Origin: an uncultured Acidobacteriaceae bacterium
GTDB taxonomy: Bacteria > Acidobacteriota > Terriglobia > Terriglobales > Acidobacteriaceae
Length of the DNA stretch: 64,000 nt
Reading direction: 5' to 3'
Assembly: GCA_963782285.1 (NCBI GenBank)
Contig: CAWAJH010000010.1
Span: 138,682 to 202,681, forward strand
The position numbers and the translations under genes were made by a program. The notes under the pieces were generated by a model, which saw only the letters and a program-made list of their open reading frames with translations, searched no databases and was not told the origin of the DNA. Below, in pieces: positions 40,205 through 50,811 of the stretch; position 1 is the first letter of the stretch; every line of letters starts with the position of its first letter.

Positions 40205-41193
40205 ATGGGATTGATTGCAGCGTTGGTATTCATTGCGGCGTATTCGCGCTCATCGCGCTGCCGCTCGCTGTCGCGGAAGCGTCCTCCGGCACAGTCCAAG
40301 CAGGCGCTGGCCACGCTGGACTCGGCGCTCAAGACCGAGAGCCAGTCGCATCTGCGCGAGCAGAACCTGAACCTGCGCAAGGACGAGCAGCTGAGCAGCA
40401 TTCCCTGGCTGAACAAAAAGCTGCTGAAGCTTGACATTGCTGCCCTATTTGCGCAGGATGCTGAGCCAGGCCGGCTCTGAATTGGAGCCCGGGCCGCTTG
40501 CTGCTGATGAGCAGTGGCTGTGTTGTGCGATTCCGTCGTATGCGGTCTGTACATACTGGGGTTCGACTGCTGTTCGCGCTGGCGCGCATCGGAGCTGTCG
40601 TGACTGGGCGCAGCGCCGTTTGCCTGGGTGTTGTTCAAGCGCAAGCAGGCGCTTTGCGCATTTGAAAAGATCTTGCCGGAGGCGCTGGATCTGATGGTGA
40701 GCGGACTGCGCGCCGGCCACAGCCTGCTGGCGGCCATGGCGCCTGGTGGCCCGCGAATGCCCGGATCCGGTGGGAAGCGAATTCAGGATCTGCTTCGAGG
40801 AGCAGAACTACGGCCTGGAGATGAAGTGCCGCTCTGGAGAACCTGCTGAACCGGGTGCCGCTGCAGGACCTGAAGATCACGTGCACCGCGATCATGATTC
40901 AGAAAGGAGAGCGGCGGCAACCTGGCCGAAGTGCTGGACAAGACGGCGCACGTGATCCGGGAGCGTTTCCGGCTGAAGCGGCAGATCAAGGTGCACACGG
41001 CGCAGGGGCGGCTGACGGGCTGGATTCTGACCGCTGCCGATCGTGCTGGGCATCGGAATTTATTTCGTCGACCCGGGAATGATCAGCATTCTGTGGCATC
41101 GCAAGATCGGGATCAAGCATGATGGGGCGCCGCCGGACTGATCTGTTCTGGGCGGATTTGTGATTCAACAAGATCGTCGACATCGACGTGTAG
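40205..41193 (+). pseudogene. tadB: TadB type II secretion F-family protein, multiple frameshifts
   Basis: LPEALDLMVSGLRAGHSL, EEQNYG, GGNLAE, IRERF, TAQGRL, KIVDIDV fragments. Confidence 0.85.
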
Positions 41194-41202
41194 GGGAGAG
41201 AT

Positions 41203-42119
41203 ATGGCATTTGCAGTTTTCGCATTTCTGGCGATGTTCTTTCTGATCGGAAGCGCGGGGCTTCTGCTGTTTTACCGCGAGGTAATGCTGAAGCGCATCAG
41301 CGAGGCAATCAACCCGCGCCGCGAACAGAAGCGCCTGACTGACGGCCATCAAGCAGACAGGGTTCTCGATCGGCAACGTGGTGGAGCGCTTCGAGAACCT
41401 GATGCCGAAGAGCGACAAGGAAGTGTCGGTCATCAAGCAGCGGCTGGTTCGCGCGGGATTTCGCAACGAGTCCGCGGTGAAGATTTTTTACGGCTGCAAG
41501 GTTGTGCATTCCTCTGTGCTGTTATGCCTGGCTGGTGCTGGTATCGGGATTGGCCATCTGGCGCCTTTTTTTATGTATCTTGGCGCGCTGGGCGGCGGCT
41601 TTCTGGCGCCCGACTTCTGGCTGGGCAAGAGGATCGAGAAGCGGCAAAAGCGGATCACGCAAGGGTCTGCCGGACGTGCTCGATCTGCTGGTGATTTGCA
41701 TGGAGGCGGGCCTGAGCCTGGATCAGGCGACGGCGCGGACGGCGCAGGAGCTGGACAAGGCGCAGCCGGATATCTGCGACGAGATGGAAGTTGTGGTGCT
41801 GGAACAGCGCGCTGGACGGGCACGTTCGGAAGCGTGGAAGGAGCTGGCGGATCGCACAGGTGTGGAGCCTTTGCGCAACCTGGTTTCAATGTTGGTGCAG
41901 ACGGAGCAATTTGGGACAAGCATTGCGAAAATGCTGCGTGTACATGCTGACACGCTGCGAACGCAACGCGTGCAAATGGTGGAGGAGATGGCAGCTAAGA
42001 CATCGGTAAAGCTGGTGTTTCCCCTTGTGTTCTTTATTTTCCCGTCGCTCTTTCTGGTTACACTGGGTCCAGCCGCGATCGTGATGATGGAGTCATTTAC
42101 GCAATTGACCAACCACTAA
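41203..42119 (+). pseudogene. tadC: TadC type II secretion F-family protein, frameshifted
   Basis: LPDVLDLLVICMEAGLSLDQA, QTEQFGTSIA, VKLVFPLVFFIFP. Confidence 0.88.
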
Positions 42120-42141
42120 CGCAGGAAAGGGGGGAAAAGCC

Positions 42142-42237
42142 ATGGGGAGTGACACGATTATCAGGGTTGTTGCCGGGGTTTTGGCAGTCGTTATTCTGGT
42201 GATTTTGATTCAGCGCCGCCGCACTCGGGTAAAGTAG
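42142..42237 (+). CDS. 31-aa single-TM small protein (MGSDTIIRVVAGVLAVVILVILIQRRRTRVK)
   Basis: G/A-rich RBS, directly after tadC, TM helix + basic tail; too short for the ORF track. Confidence 0.65.
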   Translation: MGSDTIIRVVAGVLAVVILVILIQRRRTRVK

Positions 42238-42439
42238 GCGGCATTCAAACCGCGGCGTTTTGAAACCGTGTGGCGCCACGGCGAAGGGTTAACTTTCATT
42301 GCCCTCGGCCAGCCGGTCAGGCGGCAACTGTCGCGATGGCCTGCGAGGGCAGTGGAGGGGTGGAGTGCACCCTTTCGCAAGCCGTTGCGCCGAGAGAAAG
42401 GGCAAGGGTTGGGATGGATGTAATGGATCAGACCAGGCG

Positions 42440-43474
42440 ATGAAGTCTAGAAAGGCAGAGAGCGAGGCGCAGGTGGCGTCAGGAATTGAAGCTCTGGAGT
42501 CACGGACGCATTGCGCCTATAACCAAACGCGCGAATGCTTTCTTGGTCTGGATGTGAAAGTTGCCGACCTTCCACCCGGGCGCCTCGGGGAATTCCTGGC
42601 AGCACGACCATTGAAATCGGGAGAAGGGGTGTGGATGAATCCGTTTCGAGGGATCCAAGCGACAGGGATGCCCGCCCCGCTTGATTTGATTTACCTTGAC
42701 GAGGACTGCCGGGTGATCGACGTTGTAGAGTCGTTTCCGACCTTTCAGGTGAGTTCATTCAGCCCGGAGTCGAAGAGCGTGCTGGCCCTGCCGGCACACT
42801 CGATCTACACCTCGCAAACACAGCTTGGCGATCAGCTTGTGCTTTGCGTGGCAGAGGAGATGGAGCGTCAACTGCAGGAGTTGACCGGTTCACGCAATGA
42901 ACCCGAGACGGTTCCTATTATTGCGGGCGCGGCCGTGCTGCGGGAAAAGCCGCTGTGGAGCGGCGGTCCCGGACTGCTGGAGTTGGGAAACCGCGCGACA
43001 CAAGAGGATCAGAACTCGCAGAAGACACACCTGATGGATCTGAGCGATCCGGGTTCAACGAAGATCAAACAGCTGCGCAAATGGCTGGGACGCTGGTGGT
43101 CGCCCGATCCGCGGAAGGCTCCGCGCATCAAAGAGCCGGGACTGGCTGCATATTACTGGAACGGCGCCGCACCCGATGCGAAAGCAGTTCGCGACATCAG
43201 CGCGTCAGGGCTGTATGTGGTGACGGAGGAGCGCTGGTATCCGGGAACTCTGGTGCTGATGACGCTGCAGCGGACCAGCTCAGGAGAAGCAATGGAGGAG
43301 CGGTCGATTGCAGTGCATTCGCGGGCCGTACGCTGGGGACCCGATGGCGTGGGGCTTCAGTTTGTCTTGGCCGACGACGAAAAGGATCCCGACCGCGCAA
43401 AGATCACGATGCTCGAGGCGGCCAGCAAAGCGGATGTCGAGCATTTCCTGGAACGACTGAAGCAGGGCCAATAA
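42440..43474 (+). CDS. DUF192-like domain + PilZ domain fusion
   Basis: N-terminal GEGVW...PLDLIYLD...SVLALPA; C-terminal RKAPR, DISASG, VRWGPDGVGLQF. Confidence 0.85.
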   Translation: MKSRKAESEAQVASGIEALESRTHCAYNQTRECFLGLDVKVADLPPGRLGEFLAARPLKSGEGVWMNPFRGIQATGMPAPLDLIYLDEDCRVIDVVESFPTFQVSSFSPESKSVLALPAHSIYTSQTQLGDQLVLCVAEEMERQLQELTGSRNEPETVPIIAGAAVLREKPLWSGGPGLLELGNRATQEDQNSQKTHLMDLSDPGSTKIKQLRKWLGRWWSPDPRKAPRIKEPGLAAYYWNGAAPDAKAVRDISASGLYVVTEERWYPGTLVLMTLQRTSSGEAMEERSIAVHSRAVRWGPDGVGLQFVLADDEKDPDRAKITMLEAASKADVEHFLERLKQGQ

Positions 43475-43561
43475 CCCCTGCCAGGAGCGCCTGAATGGTG
43501 TGTTGAAAGTCGGCGCGGACGAACCGGGATTTCGGGAGTCGGCTCGCCGAGAGGAAGAAGA

Positions 43562-44101
43562 ATGAATATGGGTTGGGAACTGTGCAAGCTGGCCCATTCT
43601 TGTGTGCGCAAAATGATGCGCGCCGTTGGTTTCAAGGGCCATGAAGGAGCGGCACTGGTTGAGTTTGCAGTTACGTTGCCGCTGTTTTTGACGGTGCTGA
43701 CGGGGACGGCTTCGTTTGCGCTGGGGCTGTATTTTCTGCAACAGATCGGGAGCGCAACCTCGTCTGCGGCGATGGCTCTTGGAGGGGAGGCGGGATTGTT
43801 TCCGAATAACGATCCTTGTCTCGCAGCCAAGAACTTCATCACCGGGGCGCTGCCGAATCTGGATCCAGCGAAGATGTCTATCAGTTTGACGTTGACGGAT
43901 ACCACTCTGGGGTCCAACAACAACTTCCAGACTTACTCGCAGTCGGGGACTGGAAGTTCATTTAACTGCAGTACAGCGCCTCCGATGGAAGCAAATTATC
44001 CAGTTACACTGACAGTTACCTATAACTACTCGTGGATGCCTATATTGAAGTTCAGTCCGTCGAGCAGCTTATCCTCAACGCAGGCGGCGATCCAGGAATA
44101 A
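43562..44101 (+). CDS. TadE-family pseudopilin 1
   Basis: HEG|AALVEFAVTLP class III signal; V.Y.Y motif; 2 Cys in the mature domain. Confidence 0.88.
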   Translation: MNMGWELCKLAHSCVRKMMRAVGFKGHEGAALVEFAVTLPLFLTVLTGTASFALGLYFLQQIGSATSSAAMALGGEAGLFPNNDPCLAAKNFITGALPNLDPAKMSISLTLTDTTLGSNNNFQTYSQSGTGSSFNCSTAPPMEANYPVTLTVTYNYSWMPILKFSPSSSLSSTQAAIQE

Positions 44102-44237
44102 GGGTGAGCGGCGTCGACGTAACGCTCATGCCGTACCTACGAATTCAGACATGCAGAGCACCGCAGCCCAAGCCAATGCAGGCACCTACGAGATCATTCC
44201 TTTCGTTAACGATTACCGGCAAAACGATGACCTGACA

Positions 44238-44262
44238 ACGGGGCTCAATTCGTGCCCTTTTT
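44238..44262 (+). terminator. Terminator-like hairpin (GGGC...GTGCCC-TTTTT family)
   Basis: Same design at 47980-48010 and 50113-50145. Confidence 0.6.
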
Positions 44263-44550
44263 GCTGGCGGCCGTTGGATAGGCTGGCACGACGGCGCGGT
44301 CCGGCAAACAGCGGGATAAGCGCATGATTGGGTGGGGTGAGGCGACCAGGAACGCAGGTTCGAGCTTGCAGCGGAAGACAAGCAACGGAGCGATTCCAGC
44401 ACCAAACGGCTCTAAGCAAGCGGGTTCTCCGCTATCCTTTCGCCTTGGCGGTCGCAATGTCACCAGGGTGTATACGGCAGATAGTTACCCCGGGCATCAG
44501 GGGTAAACCCCCAAAGTTACACAAATTATTGACGATTGTCAGGTAGGGTC

Positions 44551-44596
44551 TTGCACAAAAGTGCAATGGATTCGCCACAACTGATCTAAGATGATA
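44551..44596 (+). promoter_or_regulatory. Conserved promoter: TTGCAC-N4-GTGCAAT-N20-AAGATGATA
   Basis: Same motif with identical spacing at 48091-48136 and 50445-50490. Confidence 0.72.
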
Positions 44597-45064
44597 AGAA
44601 TAATTCCCCAGGTCCGTGGGAAGGACGCCGTGTCTTTGTAACGATTGGACGGCGGAGCTAGCTCAGGGGCATAGCATTCAGAGGTTTTATGGCCGGGGCG
44701 CAACCTTCCCCGGCAGCGCAATTAATGACTTATCAGTAAGGACATCGGAAGTTTGTTTCCTTGAATTGAGGACAGCGAAGGTGAGCCGGATGGAAACCGT
44801 CAGGGCTAGAGCTTGCAGTGCGGACTGCCGGCATGGAGTTCCGCAGTGTAAGCGCACATGCCGGGCGAGCGCTTTCGAGGCGGCACGAGAGTTCCTTGAA
44901 TGCGCGGGTTCCTGAAGGAGGAGTTGGACCGGACGGCGGCAATGGTGGCGGTCACGATCGGTTCGCTTGTTGCTCTCACGGGGTCATCGGTTGAGGTGAA
45001 GACGGTTTGAAGGAAAGCAGGGCCGAACCAGAATTGGGAGTCGAGCCCGCCGGGAGGTAGATCC

Positions 45065-45622
45065 ATGACGAAGGTTTGGGGCCTGAGGAAGCGGGCCGAA
45101 TCGTATCAGTGCAGGCTGAAGCGCGGCGATGGTTTCAAAGTCGAGGAAGGCTCGGCGCTGCTCGAGTGTGCGGTGACATTGCCTTTGTTTCTGGCCGTGA
45201 TCATGGGCACCGCGTCGTTCTCCCTGGCGTTCTACGAATTGCAGGAACTGGGCAACGCAGTTTCGGCGTCGGCGTCGGAACTTGGCGCGACCGCGGGCAC
45301 GATAGCCGACCCCTGCGCCCAGGCAGTTTCGCAGGTGACAGCGAATTTACCAAACTTCAATACCGCGAACCTAACCTATACGGTCACCATTACAAACGCC
45401 GCGGGAACGGCAGCAACCTACGGGCCGACGACGGGCAGCCTGTCTTGCACGGCAGCAGGCGATGGAGGCGGGGCGTCGACGGCAGAAGCCCCGAACCAAC
45501 CCCAGACGGTGACGGTGAGCTATACGTACCCGTGGATGCCGGTATTCACTTTTGGTTCGTTACTGTCTTTCAAGACTCCCACGAGCAAACTGTCTGCAAC
45601 GCAGACGGTGATCGGCCAGTGA
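45065..45622 (+). CDS. TadE-family pseudopilin 2
   Basis: GGAGG RBS; EEG|SALLECAVTLP; DPC; VTVSYTYPW. Confidence 0.88.
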   Translation: MTKVWGLRKRAESYQCRLKRGDGFKVEEGSALLECAVTLPLFLAVIMGTASFSLAFYELQELGNAVSASASELGATAGTIADPCAQAVSQVTANLPNFNTANLTYTVTITNAAGTAATYGPTTGSLSCTAAGDGGGASTAEAPNQPQTVTVSYTYPWMPVFTFGSLLSFKTPTSKLSATQTVIGQ

Positions 45623-45725
45623 AGCCGGAGATGTGTGAGATGCAAGAACTGAGGGTTGTGCACGAAGACGGCTCGACAATGACACCGCGGCGGAAGCGGA
45701 AGCGAGTGCGCCAGGAGGGACAACG

Positions 45726-46259
45726 ATGATCCAATTTTGCAACTTGCGAATCCTGCGATCGATGTGCGCCCGTGCCGCGAAGCGCCTGGCGCGATTGCGC
45801 AGCGAAGAAGGCGCAACACTCATGGAAACTGCGGTGACGCTACCGGTGTTTTTAGGGGCGCTGGCCGTGGGGGCTTCAGTCTCGCTGGGGCTTTACAACG
45901 TGCAGCAGCTCTCGAACGCATCTTCTATAGCGATAACTGCTGTTGCGGAGAATCGTGGGCTGACCGCGGACCCCTGTAAGCTGGCAGTTTCGTCGATCAC
46001 AGCAACGTTGCCGCACTGGACAGCAGGGAATTTCACTTACACGCTGACGATCTCGTACCCGACCTCGACGGGTACTACAAGTACCGTGACTTACGGCCCT
46101 ACGACGGGGAGCGGGTTTACCTGCCCGGCCGGCGTGGGTTACCAGGCGGAAAACTATGCGGTGACGCTCAAAGTAGGTTATGCGTATTCATGGTTACCCA
46201 TTGTGGGATCCCACTCAACGGGCACGATTGCAGCGACGGAAGGAACGATGTCGTACTGA
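45726..46259 (+). CDS. TadE-family pseudopilin 3
   Basis: EEG|ATLMETAVTLP; DPC; VGYAYSW. Confidence 0.88.
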   Translation: MIQFCNLRILRSMCARAAKRLARLRSEEGATLMETAVTLPVFLGALAVGASVSLGLYNVQQLSNASSIAITAVAENRGLTADPCKLAVSSITATLPHWTAGNFTYTLTISYPTSTGTTSTVTYGPTTGSGFTCPAGVGYQAENYAVTLKVGYAYSWLPIVGSHSTGTIAATEGTMSY

Positions 46260-46296
46260 GAAGGAACGATGTCGTACTGAAAGGAGAACGAGGCCA

Positions 46297-47940
46297 ATGA
46301 AACGCCCAGGAATTTCGTATTTGCAGAGATCATTGAAGGACACACGGGGCCAATCGATGATTGTCATGGCAATCAGCCTGGCGGGCGTGATGGCGGTGTG
46401 CGGGGCCGGCCTCGAATCGGGGCATGTTTACTACGCGTACCGGCTTCTCGTATCGTCAACAAACGCGGCGACGCTGGCAGGCGCGCAAACCATGTCTACC
46501 GCGCTCCTGACCGCGACTTCAAGCCAAATTTACAATAATGACGTCGACAGCGCAGTGCAGGAATACAGCTCTGTGACGGGCGGATACAACGCCAACAGCT
46601 TTTTGCACAGTGCACAGATCGTGACGACGAACCTCTCCTGTTCCACGACGCTCGAAGGCACCCCATTCAATGTGGCGTGCGTAACCCCGCCAGGCGGTTC
46701 CACGGGCTACAACGCCATCACGGTGACGCAAACGGCAAAGGTGCCGCTGTGGTTTGGAGGCCTGCTGGGCATGCCGATGATGACCTTGGCGGCCTCATCG
46801 GAGGCGGCGATCAGGGGCGGACAGGACATCCCTTACAACCTCGCGATCATCATGGACACGACAGCTTCGATGCAGGACTCGATCAAGGGTGATTCAGACT
46901 GCACGACGTCGCAGATCTCGTGCGCGGTCTCGGGTTTCACGACGATGCTGGAGAATATGGATCCCTGCGCGACGGACACAACCTGCACTGCAAGCACGCC
47001 CTACGTGGACGGCGTGGCGCTGTTTGTGTTCCCCGCGATCAGTACGAAGTACAGCGCAAATGACTATAAACAGGACTATTGCTCTACTTTGGGCTCATCA
47101 GATAGCGTGCCGTACAACTTTACAAACGTGACACCGGGGAGCAGTCAGAACCTCGACATGGAGACTACTGGCACGAATGCGGGTTCGTACGAACTCATTC
47201 CGTTCAATGATATTTACAAGACAAGCGACGGTACGACGAATCTGGCTCTTTCGTCGGCTTTGGCTATGGCGGTAGGCGCGAGCGGCAGCGGGTGCAAGGG
47301 ACTTTCGGCGCCGGGCGGGCAGGGAACCTATTATGCGCAGGTCATCGACATGGCCCAGGAGGCGCTGGTTGCGCAGCAGGCAACATACCCGGGATCGAAA
47401 AACGTGATGATCATCCTGAGCGACGGCGATGCGACGGCCTCGGCGTCATCGGGGCAGATCGTGGCAGACAACGCCTGCAGCAAGACTGCCGGCAGCTGCC
47501 TGAACGGAACAGGGACGAGCAGCTCGAATCCTGCCGGCTCAGCCAGCGGCGTTTGCTACGGCTATAACTGCCCTGCGTACCCCTCGGCGGTGGGAATGTG
47601 CGGGCAGGCTGTGTGGGCGGCGCAGCAGGCCACGAAGGCGGGGACGCTGGTCTACACCATTGGTTTCGGGTCGGAGACGTCAGGGTGCACGTCGGACCAA
47701 ACCTATACCTTAACCGGATTGAACGGCGGCGGGGAGGCCTGGCCTGGTGGTTCATACGCGCGCACACCTTGCAACGCGATTGCAGCGATGGCCTCGGATT
47801 CAACGAAATTTTATTCCGATAATTCAGGCGGGTGCCCTACGCTTGATGCCGCAAACGCGGACTTCAAGTCGATGGCCCAAATCTTCCAGGCGGTTGTAAC
47901 CAGCCTCACATCGCCGCGGCTGGTTCCCAGCGGCACATAG
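46297..47940 (+). CDS. TadG-like vWA pilus-tip protein 1
   Basis: TRG|QSM class III-like leader, TM helix, NAATLAGA, MIDAS-like DTTASM, ILSDG, VYTIGF. Confidence 0.85.
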   Translation: MKRPGISYLQRSLKDTRGQSMIVMAISLAGVMAVCGAGLESGHVYYAYRLLVSSTNAATLAGAQTMSTALLTATSSQIYNNDVDSAVQEYSSVTGGYNANSFLHSAQIVTTNLSCSTTLEGTPFNVACVTPPGGSTGYNAITVTQTAKVPLWFGGLLGMPMMTLAASSEAAIRGGQDIPYNLAIIMDTTASMQDSIKGDSDCTTSQISCAVSGFTTMLENMDPCATDTTCTASTPYVDGVALFVFPAISTKYSANDYKQDYCSTLGSSDSVPYNFTNVTPGSSQNLDMETTGTNAGSYELIPFNDIYKTSDGTTNLALSSALAMAVGASGSGCKGLSAPGGQGTYYAQVIDMAQEALVAQQATYPGSKNVMIILSDGDATASASSGQIVADNACSKTAGSCLNGTGTSSSNPAGSASGVCYGYNCPAYPSAVGMCGQAVWAAQQATKAGTLVYTIGFGSETSGCTSDQTYTLTGLNGGGEAWPGGSYARTPCNAIAAMASDSTKFYSDNSGGCPTLDAANADFKSMAQIFQAVVTSLTSPRLVPSGT

Positions 47941-47979
47941 ATAATCGGGTTAAAACGAAGAATACAGGCAGGATGGCGA

Positions 47980-48010
47980 GGGGCACGGGGGAATCATCCG
48001 TGCCCTTTTT
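47980..48010 (+). terminator. Rho-independent terminator
   Basis: GGGCACGG...CCGTGCCC followed by TTTTT. Confidence 0.8.
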
Positions 48011-48090
48011 GCTGCGCGGAAGCGGGCCCTGCGGCATTCTTTTATGCTGTTTATTCGCCCCTAGCTTTTTCTATTTGGTAACCACGAATC

Positions 48091-48136
48091 TAGCACGAAA
48101 GTGCAATGGTACGGTTACTGCCGAACCAAGATCATA
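48091..48136 (+). promoter_or_regulatory. Conserved promoter copy 2
   Basis: TAGCACGAAAGTGCAAT-N20-AAGATCATA. Confidence 0.72.
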
Positions 48137-48434
48137 GATGAGATCCCCAAGTGTCCCTGAGAGGGCGCCGCGGAGCCAGGACAAACAAGCGGCGAATTCC
48201 ATCGGGGCGAAGTAGCAGAGCGCTTACTTCCCCAGCGGCGCGGATTCAGCTTTACAGCCAGGCACCGGAAGTTCGTTTCCTCGAGTCGAGGACAGCGAAG
48301 GTGAAGCGGAGCGAAACCGCCACGGCGAAGGATTGCTGTGCGTCCTACCGGTTCCCCGTAGCGCATGAAAGCGCGCCGAGCAAATTGGTACCGCTTGAGA
48401 CGGCACAAGCTGAGCGAGAAGAGAGGTCTTTCCT

Positions 48435-50069
48435 ATGAAACGGTTTGAAATTCCTTTGTTGCGCAGGTTCCTGAAGAGTGAACAAGGCCAGACCGCGGTC
48501 ATCGTGATGGTGACGGCGGGGACGATGATGAGCCTGGCGGGAGCATCGATCGAGAGCGGTCATGTTTATTACGCGTATCAGCAACTGGTGGCATCGACGA
48601 ACGCGGCGGCCATGGCCGGGGCGCAGGCCATGCCCAACACGACCCAGGCTTCAACCAACGTGACACTCTACAGTTCTCAATCGGGCGAATTGAATGCCAA
48701 TCCGATGCTGCAGAATGTGACGGCAACTCCGAGCTTTCTGTGCCTGAGCACTGTGACGGACAGCCTGAACGTGCCGTGCAGCACGTCAACGGGAGCGAGC
48801 GGCGGCTACAACGCGCTTTCTGTAACGCAGACCGCAAAGGTGAACCTGTGGTTTGGCGGGATGATCGGGCTGCGCACGATGAACCTGGCGGCGACGGCGA
48901 CGGCGGCCATGCGCGGTGGAACGAACGCGCCGTGGAATATCGCTGTCATCCTGGACACGACGGCGTCAATGAACGACAGCGATAGCGGCGCACAATGCAG
49001 TGGAACGCAGGAGACTTGCGCACTGCAAGGGCTGCAGATTCTGCTCGAGGATCTTTATCCCTGCGGACTCGGGCAGACGTGCACCTCGACGAACCCGGCT
49101 CCGCCGGCTGTAGACAGCGTAAGTCTTTTCGTGTTCCCGGCCGTGACCACGGGGACGGCGCAGGACGACTATACCTGCCCGACCAGTAATCCATCGATCG
49201 TGGCGTACACGATTCCCGATACGACGCCGGCGTATACGAATGGAACCGCGCCAGCTTCGAATCTGATGCTTCCGTCCGGAGACACATACCAGGTGATCGG
49301 GTTCGCGAGCAATTACAAGACCACGGATACGGCAACAAGCCTGAACCAGAACTCGGAGATTGCGATTGCGGCGGGCGACGGCGGAACCTATACGGAAACG
49401 ACCGGCACCGGCAGGAACCAAAGAACCCAAACCGTATCCTGCGGAGGGATCGAGGCGCCGGGCGGCGAAGGAACTTATTATGCGCAGGCGGTTTACGCAG
49501 CGCAGGCTGCGCTGACGGCACAGCAGACGGCGAATCCGGGCACGAAGAACGCAATGATTATTCTGAGTGACGGCGACGCGACGTCCTGCGCGTCGAATGC
49601 CAATACAACGGCGGGCGCGTGCAACAGCAACGGGCAGATTATGGCGACGGAAGGGACACTGAACGGGACCGGAACGCACACGACCAACCCCGATGGCTAC
49701 GAAAATCCCACTTACCCATCGGCGCTGGGCGAGTGCGGGCAGGCCGTACTGGCGTCGCAGTATGCCGCGAGTGCAGGAACGGCGGTCTACACGATCGGCT
49801 ACGGCGCGGAGACTTCGGGCGGTTGCCTGTCTGATAAGACCTATAGCGCGACGGTGACGACCAACGGAGGAAGCTGGGCACCGGGCGACCAGCCGTGCCA
49901 GGCGATTGCGGCGATGGCATCGGCCGAGATAAATTTCTACTCCGACGACGGTCAAGGGTGCGAAGCAACGGCGCCGACCAACCAGAGCATTACGAAGCTG
50001 ACGGCAATCTTCCGGCAGATCTTAGACAATCTGACCACGCCGCGGCTGATCCCGAACGGTACCTCATAG
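48435..50069 (+). CDS. TadG-like vWA pilus-tip protein 2
   Basis: EQG|QTAVIV, DTTASM, ILSDG, VYTIGY. Confidence 0.87.
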   Translation: MKRFEIPLLRRFLKSEQGQTAVIVMVTAGTMMSLAGASIESGHVYYAYQQLVASTNAAAMAGAQAMPNTTQASTNVTLYSSQSGELNANPMLQNVTATPSFLCLSTVTDSLNVPCSTSTGASGGYNALSVTQTAKVNLWFGGMIGLRTMNLAATATAAMRGGTNAPWNIAVILDTTASMNDSDSGAQCSGTQETCALQGLQILLEDLYPCGLGQTCTSTNPAPPAVDSVSLFVFPAVTTGTAQDDYTCPTSNPSIVAYTIPDTTPAYTNGTAPASNLMLPSGDTYQVIGFASNYKTTDTATSLNQNSEIAIAAGDGGTYTETTGTGRNQRTQTVSCGGIEAPGGEGTYYAQAVYAAQAALTAQQTANPGTKNAMIILSDGDATSCASNANTTAGACNSNGQIMATEGTLNGTGTHTTNPDGYENPTYPSALGECGQAVLASQYAASAGTAVYTIGYGAETSGGCLSDKTYSATVTTNGGSWAPGDQPCQAIAAMASAEINFYSDDGQGCEATAPTNQSITKLTAIFRQILDNLTTPRLIPNGTS

Positions 50070-50444
50070 AAAGAGCCTTTGCACAAAGCGGAGGATAGCC
50101 CGGGGAGAACAGAAAGGGCACAGGTGACGAGCTTGCGCCCTTTTTGCTTGTGCAAGATGGGGGATCGAGGACGAAGCTCAGGAAAGACCAGCCTCAGATC
50201 CTGAAGGCCGGATCGATCCTGTTCGGTTTACGGCACGAATGAATTCGTACGCCCTTTCAGACCGTCGATTCATCAACAGGGTGAAGGGCATGGGCGCACA
50301 TGCTGTGCCGTTTTGCCTGTCTGAGGGCCGTAAACGGTCGCTGCGGCAAGAAAGGGGCAGGAGAACGTGCTCTTTTGCTGTGTGGCGAATGGCCTTCGAT
50401 ATTAACTAGATAGCTACCTAATGATTACCGAAATAACTCAAAAA

Positions 50445-50490
50445 TAACACCAAAGTGCAATTTCGGGTTACCTAGTTAATCACGATCATA
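50445..50490 (+). promoter_or_regulatory. Conserved promoter copy 3
   Basis: TAACACCAAAGTGCAAT-N20-ACGATCATA. Confidence 0.7.
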
Positions 50491-50811
50491 AGGTCAGTCA
50501 CCAAAACTCCCCAAGAGGTCAACGTAGCGTCCGCGAGGCCGTTCGATGGTATCGCATAGAGACGAACGTGACAGCTTCGATGCGTTCAACACGCATTCGC
50601 AGCCGTGTTCCCTGCACCCTTGGGTCTTTCCAGCCGAATCGGGGTCCCCTCACATCTGGCAGCGAGCGGCATTTAGCGCGGATAAACCCGCGTCGAGTAA
50701 AGATGCCGTCCGCTGCGCGAATCCATTGCTCCCGATCCTGCATGCAATTCGACCGAACAGCATTGTGCCGGCGGATATGGCGCTCGCTGAGTGAAAGGAG
50801 GAATTTGCCTC

